NCBI GenBank assembly: GCA_021613535.1
Contig: CP075495.1
Span: 1,488,001 to 1,552,000 of the forward strand
DNA from: Adineta vaga
Taxonomy: Eukaryota > Animalia > Rotifera
Direction: 5' to 3'
Length of the DNA stretch: 64,000 bases
Made by a program: the position numbers and the translations under genes
In this document: piece after piece, positions 11,224 through 34,323 of the stretch
How the letters are laid out: each line of letters opens with the position of its first letter
Position numbering within the stretch: the first letter of the stretch is position 1
The notes under the pieces: generated by a model
What the model saw: the letters and a program-made list of their open reading frames with translations, nothing else
Told to the model about the DNA's origin: nothing
The model's database searches: none

Positions 11224-12346
11224 AGATGCACATAAAGCAAAAATGTAGTGAAGAAAAACATTTGCCGTTTTTTTAGTCTATCCGATAGAGAATTTGACGC
11301 TGATCACGAATATGTGTCTTTTATGTTTTTTGAGAACTTTTTTTCGGTCGAAAAATTCCAAAAACTTCGGACTACTCTAAAAAGTGAAAAAATCAAGTTT
11401 TCAAACAAATGGCGCTAGTCTGTTTCCTTTTGAGTTTCGCATCTCGAAACTAAATTTTTCAGATTCAGAATTGAAAACTGAATCTGAAAAACTAGGTTTG
11501 AAAGTACCAGAGCAAGAAATGGGTTTTTCAAAGGGCCCAGAACAGGCACGACTAAAAAACCCGAATCGATCTGGCAAATCTAACACCACTTTTTTCTGAG
11601 CACCTAAAAGCAATATTTTGACGTGGTTCGATTCGCCGGATGCTCCTCTTCAAAAGTATACGTCCACATTTTTGAAATTTTTTTGAGGGTGTGGGTGTGG
11701 GTGTGGGTGTGGGTGTGGATACGCTTCAATTTAGACCCACACCCACACTCACCCCACATCCACACCCATCCCACACCCACACCCACACCCACACGCACAC
11801 GCACACCCACCCACACCCTCAAGTGGTGTAAAAAATCGAAAAAAATGTTTTTCGATAGGATACGTGGAGAATAACAAGCAAATCTTGAGAATGAAAGTGA
11901 GTTAAGAAAAGATGATACCTAGATTATATCTAGGGCATCTAAGAAGTCGAACGATGAAAGAAAAAAGTGTCTATCTTTACTAGAAAATGAGTAGATACAT
12001 TTTCAATGAGAGACACTCAATTAGCCATCATATTACTAAAACTGATTTTTTTCAATAACAAAAATATGGACCGAGTGACTAAAAAATAGTGTCCTAGGAT
12101 CGGTTTTCGATGCTGAATCAGAAGAAAAAACTTTCGAAACTATTAAAAAAAATTTCTAAACCCTGTCAGCGAAAACTCGGATTTTACGGAAAGATCGGGT
12201 TTTGCGGTATTTTCAGGATTTCTCCATGAAGACGACTTTTTATCTGAATAAATTATACATATTCGGATTCAGCGCACGAAACTGCATCGGATCACATAAA
12301 AAAATTAGCAAAAAAAATTTGCTCGAGTTTTGCCTGCCGCCAACCT
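11224..12346. mobile_element. Putative non-autonomous DNA element (1123 bp) with TA target duplication, imperfect subterminal inverted motifs, internal hairpins and inverted telomere-type repeats
   Basis: Separates the two RBBP9 copies exactly. Flanked by TA (11222-23, 12347-48); ends AG...CT. atccgat..cgctga..cgaatatg occurs at 11280-11314 and inverted at 12258-12292, each ~55 bp from an end. No credible ORF. Confidence 0.72.
11683..11822. repeat. Head-to-head (TGTGGG)n / (CCCACA)n telomere-type repeat
   Basis: TGAGGG+(TGTGGG)4 at 11684-11713, a short spacer, then ~14 degenerate CCCACA units at 11736-11821. The outer 13 bp are perfectly inverted (ttgagggtgtggg/cccacaccctcaa). Confidence 0.9.
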
Positions 12347-12510
12347 TACTAAATTCGTAAACAACTAAATATTCATCATCTCTTTCCCTAATACATTTCA
12401 TAAATGTTTTTTTTGAGATATAGAAAAATATTTATTCAAAGTCTTTCTTTTACAAACTGAACATGTAAATAGTTATTACATTGACAATAAATATTTAAAA
12501 ATCGATGTAA

Positions 12511-13131
12511 TCAAGTAGAACATTTTTCTCTTATAACTTTTAAAACCTCTGGAAGTTGATCGTCCATGAAATGACCACGGCTTGGTAATTCAAGATATTC
12601 AGATTTTAATTTATCAGCCACAAAACGTCCTTCATCAACTGGTATACATTCATCATTAGGTGAATGTAATTGTACAATAAATCCAGCATTCGATCGCATT
12701 ACATCCCAATCCCTTCAAATATTTCATTTTACTTCTTATTTTTCTAAAAACTAATAAACTTACCAAGGTCGATTATAATATTCACTTGCTCTTTCATTCT
12801 CATCACCTAAATCTGTATGACATGCTGCAACAAGAATTACTCCACGTACTTTATCTTTTTCAATTAATCGCATTATTGCTTCGCATCCTGAACTATGTCC
12901 AACTAAAATCGTTTTCTCATCAGATTTAAGTGTATCCCGAATGAATGGTAACCAATATGATTCACGAGCAGCATGAGGATCGGGCATATCTTCAAGAATT
13001 ACATCAAATTTACCAGATGGATCTTTCTCGAGATGTTCTTTTAACCAACTATACCAATTGCAATATTCTACAGGTGTACATCCCATACCTGGTATGATAA
13101 GAATACGTTGTCGTTCATTATTGGTTGTCAT
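12511..13131 (-). CDS. RBBP9: RBBP9/YdeN-family serine hydrolase, copy retaining the native upstream region
   Basis: Same two-exon structure as 10570-11190, with 9 coding nucleotide differences. Confidence 0.9.
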
Positions 13132-13524
13132 CTGAAATTTTCATCTTAACAACAGAAATTACTACCTTTCTTTTTCTCTCACTTCATAGAAATGAATATT
13201 AAATAGATTTTAAAAAGAAACATACTTATTCTTGTTGTCATAATATGTTTTATTTTTAGAAATTTTCATTCACACTCATAGCGAAAAAAGGAGAACATGA
13301 AAATGAGACTGATGAAGAAAGCAAACGAATGGATTGGAAAGAAACAAGATCATGAAACGAAAGAGAAGAAGAAAAAAAAACAGAATTAAAACGAGACAAA
13401 AAAAAAGAAGATCAATAAACTACAAGACAACAAATAAATAATGAAACGTTCGACTGTTGTGATATTCATAGCACTGACACATAGATAAATGAAAAAGAGA
13501 GACTAAAATAATGTTTTTGTTTTA

Positions 13525-15405
13525 TTAACGAATTTTGTTAAATAAATTAAGTACACTGTCGGATTCTTTATTCGCACGACATTTAGTAAATACATTCCAA
13601 AATCTTAATGTTTCATCTCCTGCTCCTGTCACTATAGATTCACCATCGGGTGATACAGCTAAATATAAAACACGAAATGTATGACCAGTTAAACGAGCTA
13701 ATTGTAACATTGATGGATATTTCCAAACGACAATTTGATGTTGAGAATAACCATGTGTTGAAACAAGTTCATTCGAATGTTTTGACCAAGCTAAATTACA
13801 TACCTAAAAAGAAATATAATTTCAATTGAAATAAATATAATCAATAAGAAAATAATCATTACTTGAGATCCAGTATCAATCGATTGTAGATTTTGTGCTG
13901 TTAATGTATTCCAAAATCGAATATGTCGATCAGCTGTTCCGCCACCACTTGCTAAAAGACCTTGTTGATGTGGACTCCAAGCAATTGCTTTCACAGCTGC
14001 TGTATGATCTGTATAAACTTGAATTGGATTTGAACATGATTGATTCCAAACTAATAGACGATTATCATTACCACCACTAGCTAATAATTGTCGATCAGGT
14101 GACCATTTCAATCCACAAACTTCTTGTCGATGTCCAGCTAATTTTCTTTCTTGTTTATTTGAACGTGTATCATTTTGTAAAATAAATCGATCACGTGATC
14201 CTGAATATATACATAGATCATTCCAAGCCAATGCACCAACACGTGCTGTATGACGAGGAAATGAAACCGTTTTACGATTTGTTGCAGCATCCCAAATTTG
14301 TACAATGCCTTTATGTGTACCAACAGCAACATATTGTCCTCGATCACTCCACGCCACACTGGTAACTGTATCTGATTCGGTTTGTAAATCACATAAACGT
14401 GTCACATTACTTGTATTAGCATTCCATAAATAAACGGATGCATTGAGACCAACAGCTAAAATATTTGTTGATGACCAATCAACTAAATTTAAATAGAAAT
14501 CATCTTGAAGTTCAGGTGCATCAAGAACTTTAAATGGCGTTTTAGGAATTTTTCGTAATTGTTTACGTGGTGAACGTAAAAGACGAATCGATGCAGGAGA
14601 TAATGGTGAAAGAGAATAAGGTGAAAAATGTAGATCATCCATATTACGACGAGCAGAATAACGAAAGATTGTATTAGGATCGCGTGAACGTAATAAATTC
14701 GAATTGGAATTATTATATGGTAAACGTTGTTGAGATGATTGAGAAAGAAAACCAGGCGATGGTGTTAGAATACCCTAAAATCGAAATGATCGATTAGATT
14801 TCTTTACAAACAAAGATTTTCTTTTTATTTACATTAATGCCTGAAATTGCTGTTGTATGTATTTGTCCACCTAAACCTTGTCCAATCAGTGTTGTTGTCG
14901 TTATTGCTCCTCCTCCTCCTACTCCTCCAGTATTATTTGTATCATTAGTACCAGTTTGATTAGTCATGCCCGTTGAATGTTGATTATTACTGTTAATATT
15001 TGAATAAGCATTACTTATATGTTGTTCATCATAAAGACAATCGATTTGTGTTCCAAACATTTCATTTTGTAATAAAGCTTGATATGTTAATAAATCTTTT
15101 GCACGATCAGCAGCAGTTGTTGTTGTTCCATTAGATGACGATGGATTTGCACCAGTATTTGTTGCTGTTGTTGATGTTGATGTTGAAGTATCACGAGATG
15201 ATTTCCTATCTGACATTGGTCCTTTATGAATTTGTTCTTGATCAATAAAAAATGCGGATGGTTGTGAAACACTTCGAAGTGGAATAAAACGGTCACTATG
15301 CTTAATTGGAGATGGTGATGATATTGGAGATGAAAATGGTGACGAAGAAAGTGAGGAACAACCTGACATTGACCGAATTAAACGACGTTCGAAGTCAGGC
15401 TCCAT
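13525..15405 (-). CDS. FZR1: Fizzy-related/Cdh1 APC/C activator (WD40)
   Basis: MEPDFERRL start, C-box [31 protein letters not shown]40 repeats, C-terminal IR tail; two short introns. Confidence 0.96.
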
Positions 15406-15678
15406 GATGGTCAATCTTGTAAATAGAACACGAGTTCACGTCACGTCAATACTAAAAGAATGCAATGATCACATTTACAAACAACGACAAGACAAAGCCT
15501 TTCATCATTAATGGTTCGAAAAAAATATCCAATAAGAAAATTTTATCGAATTATTTTTCGAAAAAAACAAATAGTCTCTTTAAAACGAATCAATTTTTAA
15601 ATCATTTGAAATATATTAATTCTTTATTTTCTTTAAATACAAAAGTGTCTTTTAAAATAGATGGCGCTAGTGTTCTAG

Positions 15679-17282
15679 TTATTGTCGTTTTTGTTCAATT
15701 TTCTGTTTAATTATAGTTTCTTGTATAGTATTTGGCATTCCTGGATTAATCTCGAATATGTAGGGTAACAAGGTTTTTGGTGTTTCATTGAAATGAATCA
15801 TAATTTTAAGAAACATCGTATCGTTCGAAATATATGGACAAGTTGGATCGTGCAATATTGACAGAGGAAAAAATTTTGGTATGCCACTGGCGATATTGAG
15901 TTCTGAACAAGGTCGTTGGAAACTAACGGATGCTACATCAGGTCGAAATGAATCGATAACGTGTCTTTGATGACCAGATTGATCATACAGACAAAATGTA
16001 ACTTTGTAATTAAATGGAAATGGAAGAATTGAATCATATTCTCCACGCATAAGTACGAAGAAAACTGATAGATGTGTATTTCTGGCAAGTCCATCTCCAT
16101 TGAAGTAAAGACGAGCTCGCATTTTGTAGCCATTTGGTGATGAATAGAAAGGTGGCGAGTAAGTTGACGGATGTTTTCCTGATTTAGCTGCCTCTAGAAG
16201 ATAAATCCAAATGAAACGAATCACTTAATCAACAATACATACCCATTTTTTGTTGAACATCAGTAATTCTCCACAAAAGTGTACCATCATAAGAAGTAGC
16301 CAGTTGATTTTCGGTCTTTTCAGTAAGTGAATTGAGATTTTGTCGAAGTATACGTTGATTAGGTTCGAGTGCTTTAGCAAATGCATTGGTTTCTTCTATA
16401 GCTATTTTTAAATTTGATAAATCTATTGCTACAGATTCAACTAAACTTTGACCTTCTTTCACTTTTGAACTCAAATTTTGTGTTTCATCATTCAACACTT
16501 GAATACTACCATACAGAGTATCGATTGTTTTAGTTAGTTGATCATTTGATTCTGTAAAACTAGATGTGATAGGTGGCAAAAGGCTTAACATTATAGTTAG
16601 ATGTCTATCGGACAATAGATGCTTTTGTTTATCTTTACGAAGAAACTAAAATGAAATGATTTTGTTAATATGAGATAATCTTGAAAATAAAATTTGATTT
16701 ACATGTTCTGTACATCCATATGATTGAAGTTGACAGGTAATGATATCATTTTCACACTCAAATTGATGATTATGATGAAGTTTCAAATGATTCTAGAAAA
16801 TTACCAAGTTTTTAATATTATTTATTAGAGAATTTCATGATCTTACGGGATAATCTTGGAAGAGATCAGTCCAAGTACAGGAAAAACAGACTATTGGTAA
16901 TTTTTCCATTTCTCTTTGACATTCTCGATCAATGATTATCTTAAAATAGAAGGAAAACAATAGGAGACTATAGATTAAACACAATATTTACTCTATCTTG
17001 TGTTGTTTCTGTATGACATTCGATGCATTTCAATGGAAAACTAAATTTAATTAAGAAAAGAATATATTGAAACAGTTTGTTAGTTTTTACGAACAAAACT
17101 TACTGATCCGAAATATTCAGACAAGTTCGACAATATCTATGACCACAAATCAGTTGAACAGGTTCTCGTAATAGTAACATACATTTTCGACATATATAAG
17201 TATGAGGAATGGAATCTTTATTTCCAACATGAAAACCCACTAGTCTACATTGTGAAGTATTTGTTTCAGTTTCTTGACACAT
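15679..17282 (-). CDS. TNF receptor-associated factor (RING, partial Zn finger, coiled coil, MATH)
   Basis: Six exons. CRKCMLLLREPVQLICGHRYCRTC RING; SYDGTLLWRI, YSPPFYSSPNGYKMRARLYFNGDG, FRPDVASVSFQRP, ASGIPKF MATH motifs. Confidence 0.93.
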
Positions 17283-18028
17283 ATTTGATCTGAAATAAGA
17301 ATGTTTAATGTAAATAAATTTATATTTTCTCTTGCTTATATATTGTACGGTAGTGCTTTTTCCCAGAATTATGCATCATGTTTATTCATCGATTTTTTTC
17401 CTTGATGAATAACTTGAATTACTGAGCTATGAAAAATCCTTAACCAATCTTTTCTCACCTGACGAGTATGTCTTAGTATTAGGAATGTCATCCGTACCTA
17501 TATCTATCATCATTATTAGTTGATTTTGAAGGAGCTATTTGTCTCTTGTATGTAGCATTATCTGTCGTCATTAAGGTGAAAGAGAATGAAAAGGTGAATC
17601 AACATGTACATTCGATAGTGAATTGCGTTGAGTGTTTTGTTTGTGACGAAAGAAAAAGAACAGAAAAAACGATGTTAGCGTCACAACGTTGAGATTAAAA
17701 ACAAAAATTAATTAAATTCTTACCAGAAAATAATAAATTTTCAAACCAGTATGAGTTTAGTCAATTTTTTCGGCGAATATTTAATTTTAGTATAAATTTC
17801 ATATTTATACTAAACATACGGTCGAGACAAAGACAATAGGAATATTCATAATGATTCAGTATTTCACACCAGTCACACCTGTATCATTATGGTTTTTTTC
17901 CACGATAGAATAATACTTGAATAAAATTTAATAGAGGAATTAACCAAATTCTATAAAGTCTTCACTCTATCTTAATCCACATTCGATTTTTCCTTGTCAA
18001 TATAATATTCATTGTGTAAGCAGGAGAC

Positions 18029-18274
18029 TTTTTAGTGTACCCTAAAAGTAAGTACAATACTACAATCGGTTACTGTGTTCTTCCGTCCGACCGTTTACAC
18101 GATAACTTTCGAAAGAAGAGTCAGATCGTGATGAATTTTTCTACACAGTTCAGTCTCATCAATATTTCGCTCCAGTTCGAAGATGAGATTGATCCGTTAA
18201 GAAATAGGTTAGTTATCGAAAAAATTCTCATTATTGTTCAGCCTATCCCTGAGGGGGAGTACAGGGATTTTTTT
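18029..18274 (+). mobile_element. Non-autonomous Helentron-associated (DINE-1/HINE-like) element
   Basis: Starts TTTTTAGTGTACCC; ccgtccgaccgt microsatellite-like block; core homologous to 62680-62829; 3' GAGTACA sub-TIR inside a TCCCTG..CAGGGA stem; ends in a T run. Confidence 0.7.
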
Positions 18275-21200
18275 CTCAAAATTTTTCTTAAAATTATTTA
18301 AAAGATATATTAATCAAATTGTATCTTTCTAACTAAAACTTGTCTAAACATATCTCAGATAACTACTAGTAGCTTTAAGATTTTCTAGCTTATAAAAAGC
18401 ACTTTCAAATGATAAAAACCCGCTGTTTATAGTTATTAATATTGATGAATTATTATGAAAATGGTGGTGATGTCTATATCGATTATTATTTGATTTATTT
18501 ATTTGTATGTTTAAGTTGATTAAATAGTGACCATTTACTGGAATTCACATATAGATGATGTTATTCATATATCTTATCTGCTTCAATTTGATTATGCACG
18601 AATTGAGTTTTATGTTCAATAATGAGTGTTATATTGTTCGTCAAAGAATGTAAAAGATTTCATTTGAACATGTAAACATGGAAGAAAAACTGGTTATTTA
18701 GACAGGATTTTATCTGGATGACTGAACATATTTATATGATTATCTGCATTTTTTCTTCGTATTAAAATCATAAATGCGAACATCCAACTTTACTTTTTGA
18801 TAAAAAGAGAAAAAACGATATTTTTTTCTGCATAGACGAATGCCATTCATATTATATATTTTTATAAAAGATCAACATTATAGTAGGTAAGTTTTTCCTT
18901 TTTAATTAGATTATATTAAAAAAAACTGAACGTTCCTAGTTTGAATAGAACATAATTCTATACCCATCAAATTTGTCGTTTGTCAATGAGTTTTAATAAT
19001 ACCTAATATTCATTGAAGCATATGTATCGTATTTCTTGGAAAATAACTTACTGAATTTAACTATAGTCTAATATAGGATGTCATCATTTCTATGACAAAC
19101 TTATTCATATTATCCCACGTGTTTTGTCTCTCCTTTTGTTTATCCGACTATCATCCACTTGTTATAAGAGAAAAGTGAATTTTCTAATCTTAAAGAAAAT
19201 AACTTTTATCTCTACAATCTTATTTTGTAATTAAGATATGATTGAAAAAGCTACAAAGAAGAAGAAGAAGACGAAGAAGAAAAAAGTTTTCTTCTAATAA
19301 TAGAGTATAGAATCATCGTTGTAAAAGACCACCTTCTTGTCACATATCCGGAAACAGAGTGAAGATGAATTTCCTTTCATTTTACGCCCGATTTGGATAG
19401 AAACTAAGATTAAAACATCACTGTTATTCTTTAATAAACAAAGTAAGTAAAATACAAGACAAAATCGAAAGAAGATATTTATCATTCGATAAAAGAACAT
19501 CTGACTTATATTGCGTTCGTCATAATTTTCATTTGAATACGTTGAAAGTGTCGATCTCAAGAGAGTTTCTTTGTAATTACTTGATAATCTCGTTCGTCTT
19601 CAAGTATTTTTTGTGGTTAGTTGATGATTTATTGTCAAATCGAATATAATAAGTTGTTCAGATCAAGTGGAATATTTACTAGTCCGAACTAAAGAGGTGA
19701 ATAGGAAAAGTCTCTTTTTTTTATTTTTTATTCCCCAGCGTATTTTTGTCGATGTCGTCAATGAGATGACTTTTTAATTTTGTAGATATGTCTTGCATGT
19801 TCAATGTCGACGATCAGTTACAAAATGTTACTACTATCAGTCGATCGTAATAACGATTAGACAGGGAAGAAGGAGAAGAAGAAGAAGAAAAAAAAAGGGG
19901 AAAGAAAACGTCTAATCTTCGGAATAATCATCGTTTGACGAGTTGAGGATGAGAAAAAAGAAAAGTAATCGTATTCTACGCATGCACACTGTTGATATGT
20001 TTCGCTCTATTGATGCCTGAGAATGTGACATTGTATTGATGGTCATGACATGCTCAATATAAAACAAATGTTTCTTCTTTCTTTTATTTGTGTGCGATTC
20101 ACTTGAGATTTGTAGTTGTTCCTTTCTTTCTACAAGTTATCTATAACATTTGTCTTGTCTTGTCTTTCAGGTAGGTCAATTGGCAAATGAAATATTTGAT
20201 GAGCTTCATTTACTTACAATAATACATCGTAATGAAAAGGTGATATTTGACATAGTTTTCGAAACATTTTAAGAAATCTACAGAAGATACGATCAGAGAA
20301 ATTTTCCAGTTGATAAGAGCGAGAAAAGAAAGTATTACTACTTCTTTAATTAGTACTAGAAGAGAATTTGTAATTTTTTCTTCATTATAAATTAAGATGA
20401 TCGAACTTAATTTGAATTTACAAGAGAAAAAGAAAACAAAATTCTCAAAATGAATATTCTTGTTAAAATAGAACACTTAATTTAATAGAGAATACAAGAT
20501 TTATTTTACAATTTGTGCTTGAATAAACCCTTGAAAATAATTTTTCCTCTAATTGATTTGATCTTTCTTTTTCTAATCGGATACGACATTAGTTAATTTT
20601 TCTAATATAAAAAAAAGCTATTTTAAATAACATTCCCGATAGAATTTTTCATTTTTTCAAGTAGATTCCAAATCTTTTGAGACAATCGATATTAAACTTA
20701 TTTCTTTCATAAAAGTAGTAAGACAAACAACTTTTATTTGCATAGTATTATTGATAATGCTTTTCAAATATAATAATAATGTTATTCAATGCAATGAATT
20801 GATGAGTCAACTAAATATATTTGAATTTGAATTGAAGATTCCGTTTATTTTTATAAATATGTATGAGATGAAAAGTATCATATTTTTCTTTTCTTTTTCT
20901 TCGACTATTCCATAGACTCGTCTTTATTATCAGCAGCTGACCAATCATTCATTCATTCTTTTCTTTTTTTTCTTTGAAATATGACAAAGTAAAATATCAT
21001 TTTGTTTTTCTTCTTAAGTTTCAAATGACAATGATTACACATCGAATGTCTTGCAGTCAATAAATCTTCAATCTATGTCAAAATCACATATTCAAACAAC
21101 AACACCAATCTTAACTAAAAAACCATTAGCATTTGTTCAACCATGTATTCGAACGAATGATAAAATCATGCCATTAACATCCGACGAATCATTTTCCTAT

Positions 21201-22869
21201 GTTAGTCAATCGAGAAGAATACCGATGAATAACATAACAGTTTATGATTATGAACAAAAGTAAGAATAGACTTTCTTTTATCATTGTTTCGCTTTATGTA
21301 TTAGAAATTTAAGACATATGATTTATTCAGGTAAAGCGAACGCTACATGCTGATAGAACATAAAGTTTGACATGTGCATTCGTTTCGCATGTCTAATCGA
21401 AGATAAAAAAAAAACAACAACAAAATGAAAGTAGTTTTTACATATTGACGCGAGCTTTTTTGTTTTCACTTTCTTCATCTTCGAGAAAACATAGATAATA
21501 ACAGTTGTTTTTTCTCTTTTATCCTATGTGAGTAATTTTATTTGCGAGAAAACGAATTATTAGTTTGAAAGCAAGTTGTTATTGTATAATAAATGATGAA
21601 TATGAAAAATATAATTGAATTACATCAAGTATGGTTCGAAGGAGAAAGACGATACTCATTGGGCTATTTGCCGCTAGCGTAGATAAACATTCAAAGTCAC
21701 GATCAATTCAGTCATGCCAGTAGGGAATTCTATAAAGTCTACGTGCTTATTCTTTCATATATATATATATATATAGAAAGAACTGGAAATGTATTTTTCG
21801 TTATTAACACCTGTTAATGATGTTTTTCGAATTTGATACTCTTATCCTCTTATATTAATGAAATTTTTCCATAGAAAATTTCTTCCTTTTATTTGCATGT
21901 TTACTTGCTTCTGTTAGCAATAATGATTACGTATGATTTGATAGGGTAATCAAATGTCTATGACAATAATCGTTGGGAAAACATAAACGAGCATGAACTT
22001 GTTCTCCCCGCCTCCCTTTTTTTTTCTTCTTCAATCCTCATTGTTGAATCATTGTTTTGCATAGACAAACAGTTTTAATTGATCGTTCGATAGATAGATG
22101 AATCTTCTCTTTACATAGAAAATGTGCAAATAAAGATCTCATAAAAAAAAGAAACGAGAAAGAAACAGAGGTGATTCGTCGTTCGGCCTTGATAAAAATG
22201 AATATTTTCTCGTATTATTTTTCTTTGTTCGATTAATAAAAAAGATAATTGATGAACATTTCCTTATCGACATGAAAAACACCTTGTAGATTCCGATTTC
22301 TACAATCGATCAATCAAATAATATAACAGAAGAAGAAGAGAAAAATCGTCATTTTATCTCTGCAAAAAGAAGACTATCTAAATGAATAGTTAAGAAGAAG
22401 AAAAAGAGATGCTGTGTGTGTGTGTGTTTGTCTCTATCTATTGCATTTGAATGTAATAACAAAAACAAAAGACAAAAAAAAAGAAGGGAGAAAAGAAAAG
22501 TGAAAGAAAAAGACTTAAGAAACACCACTCGCCGAACTGAGTAAAGAAAGAAGAACGCGCGCTCGAGACAGAAAGAGGGAGAGAGAGAAGACGAAACGAC
22601 GAAGGAAAATCAATGTCGTTTTTCTAATTTATTAATGAGCAAATACGCATTCTCGCATTCTCACTCTCCCTCTCTCTCTCTTCTCTTCTTCCTTGTTACA
22701 GCCTAGAGGACAGAGGACAGGATACAGGACGATGATGACGAGAGCACAACGCCGAATCGTGCGAAGAAAATCTCTGTCGTTTTTTTGTGTATGTGTATTG
22801 CTGACATAGAAGAACGAAGACAAAGCGTATTAGTAGTACTTTGCGCTCTCGTCGTTCTTGTTCACCAAC

Positions 22870-34003
<11,134 letters not shown>

Positions 34004-34323
34004 TGAACATTTTCTACTTTGTACAATTGGTTTTGTGTGTGTGTGTGTGTGTATCTCTGTGTTCTTCGTTCATTTTTTTTTTACATATTGCTACTACCCT
34101 TTAACGAACTGATTGAAATTTCTTTGTTTGTTGTTTCTTCTGTTTTATTTTATTTATTTTTTTTTGAGTTATGTTATAAACAAAGAAAAATCAAGCAATG
34201 ATCATATATGTCTCGCTAAGACTGTAGTGACCTCTGCGAATTTAAAAAGATATATTAAAGAAAGATATTTGATTGGAATGATTTGATTTATTCGTTTATC
34301 TATTTTCGCTGTAATATATATAT

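Noticed and set aside
11384-11874. ORFs with VWVWVW / HTHTHT / PTPT runs
   Set aside because: Translations of the TGTGGG/CCCACA tract within a non-coding element.
18035-18301. 88-aa ORF similar to ORF 62553-62786 (FSxQFSLINIS)
   Set aside because: The similarity comes from a shared non-coding repeat, not a protein family.
17300-21000. Long gene-poor stretch as a possible RNA gene locus
   Set aside because: No tRNA/rRNA/snRNA signature recognised; likely TRAF/unc-13 upstream and 5' exon region. A covariance-model search would be needed to exclude ncRNA.
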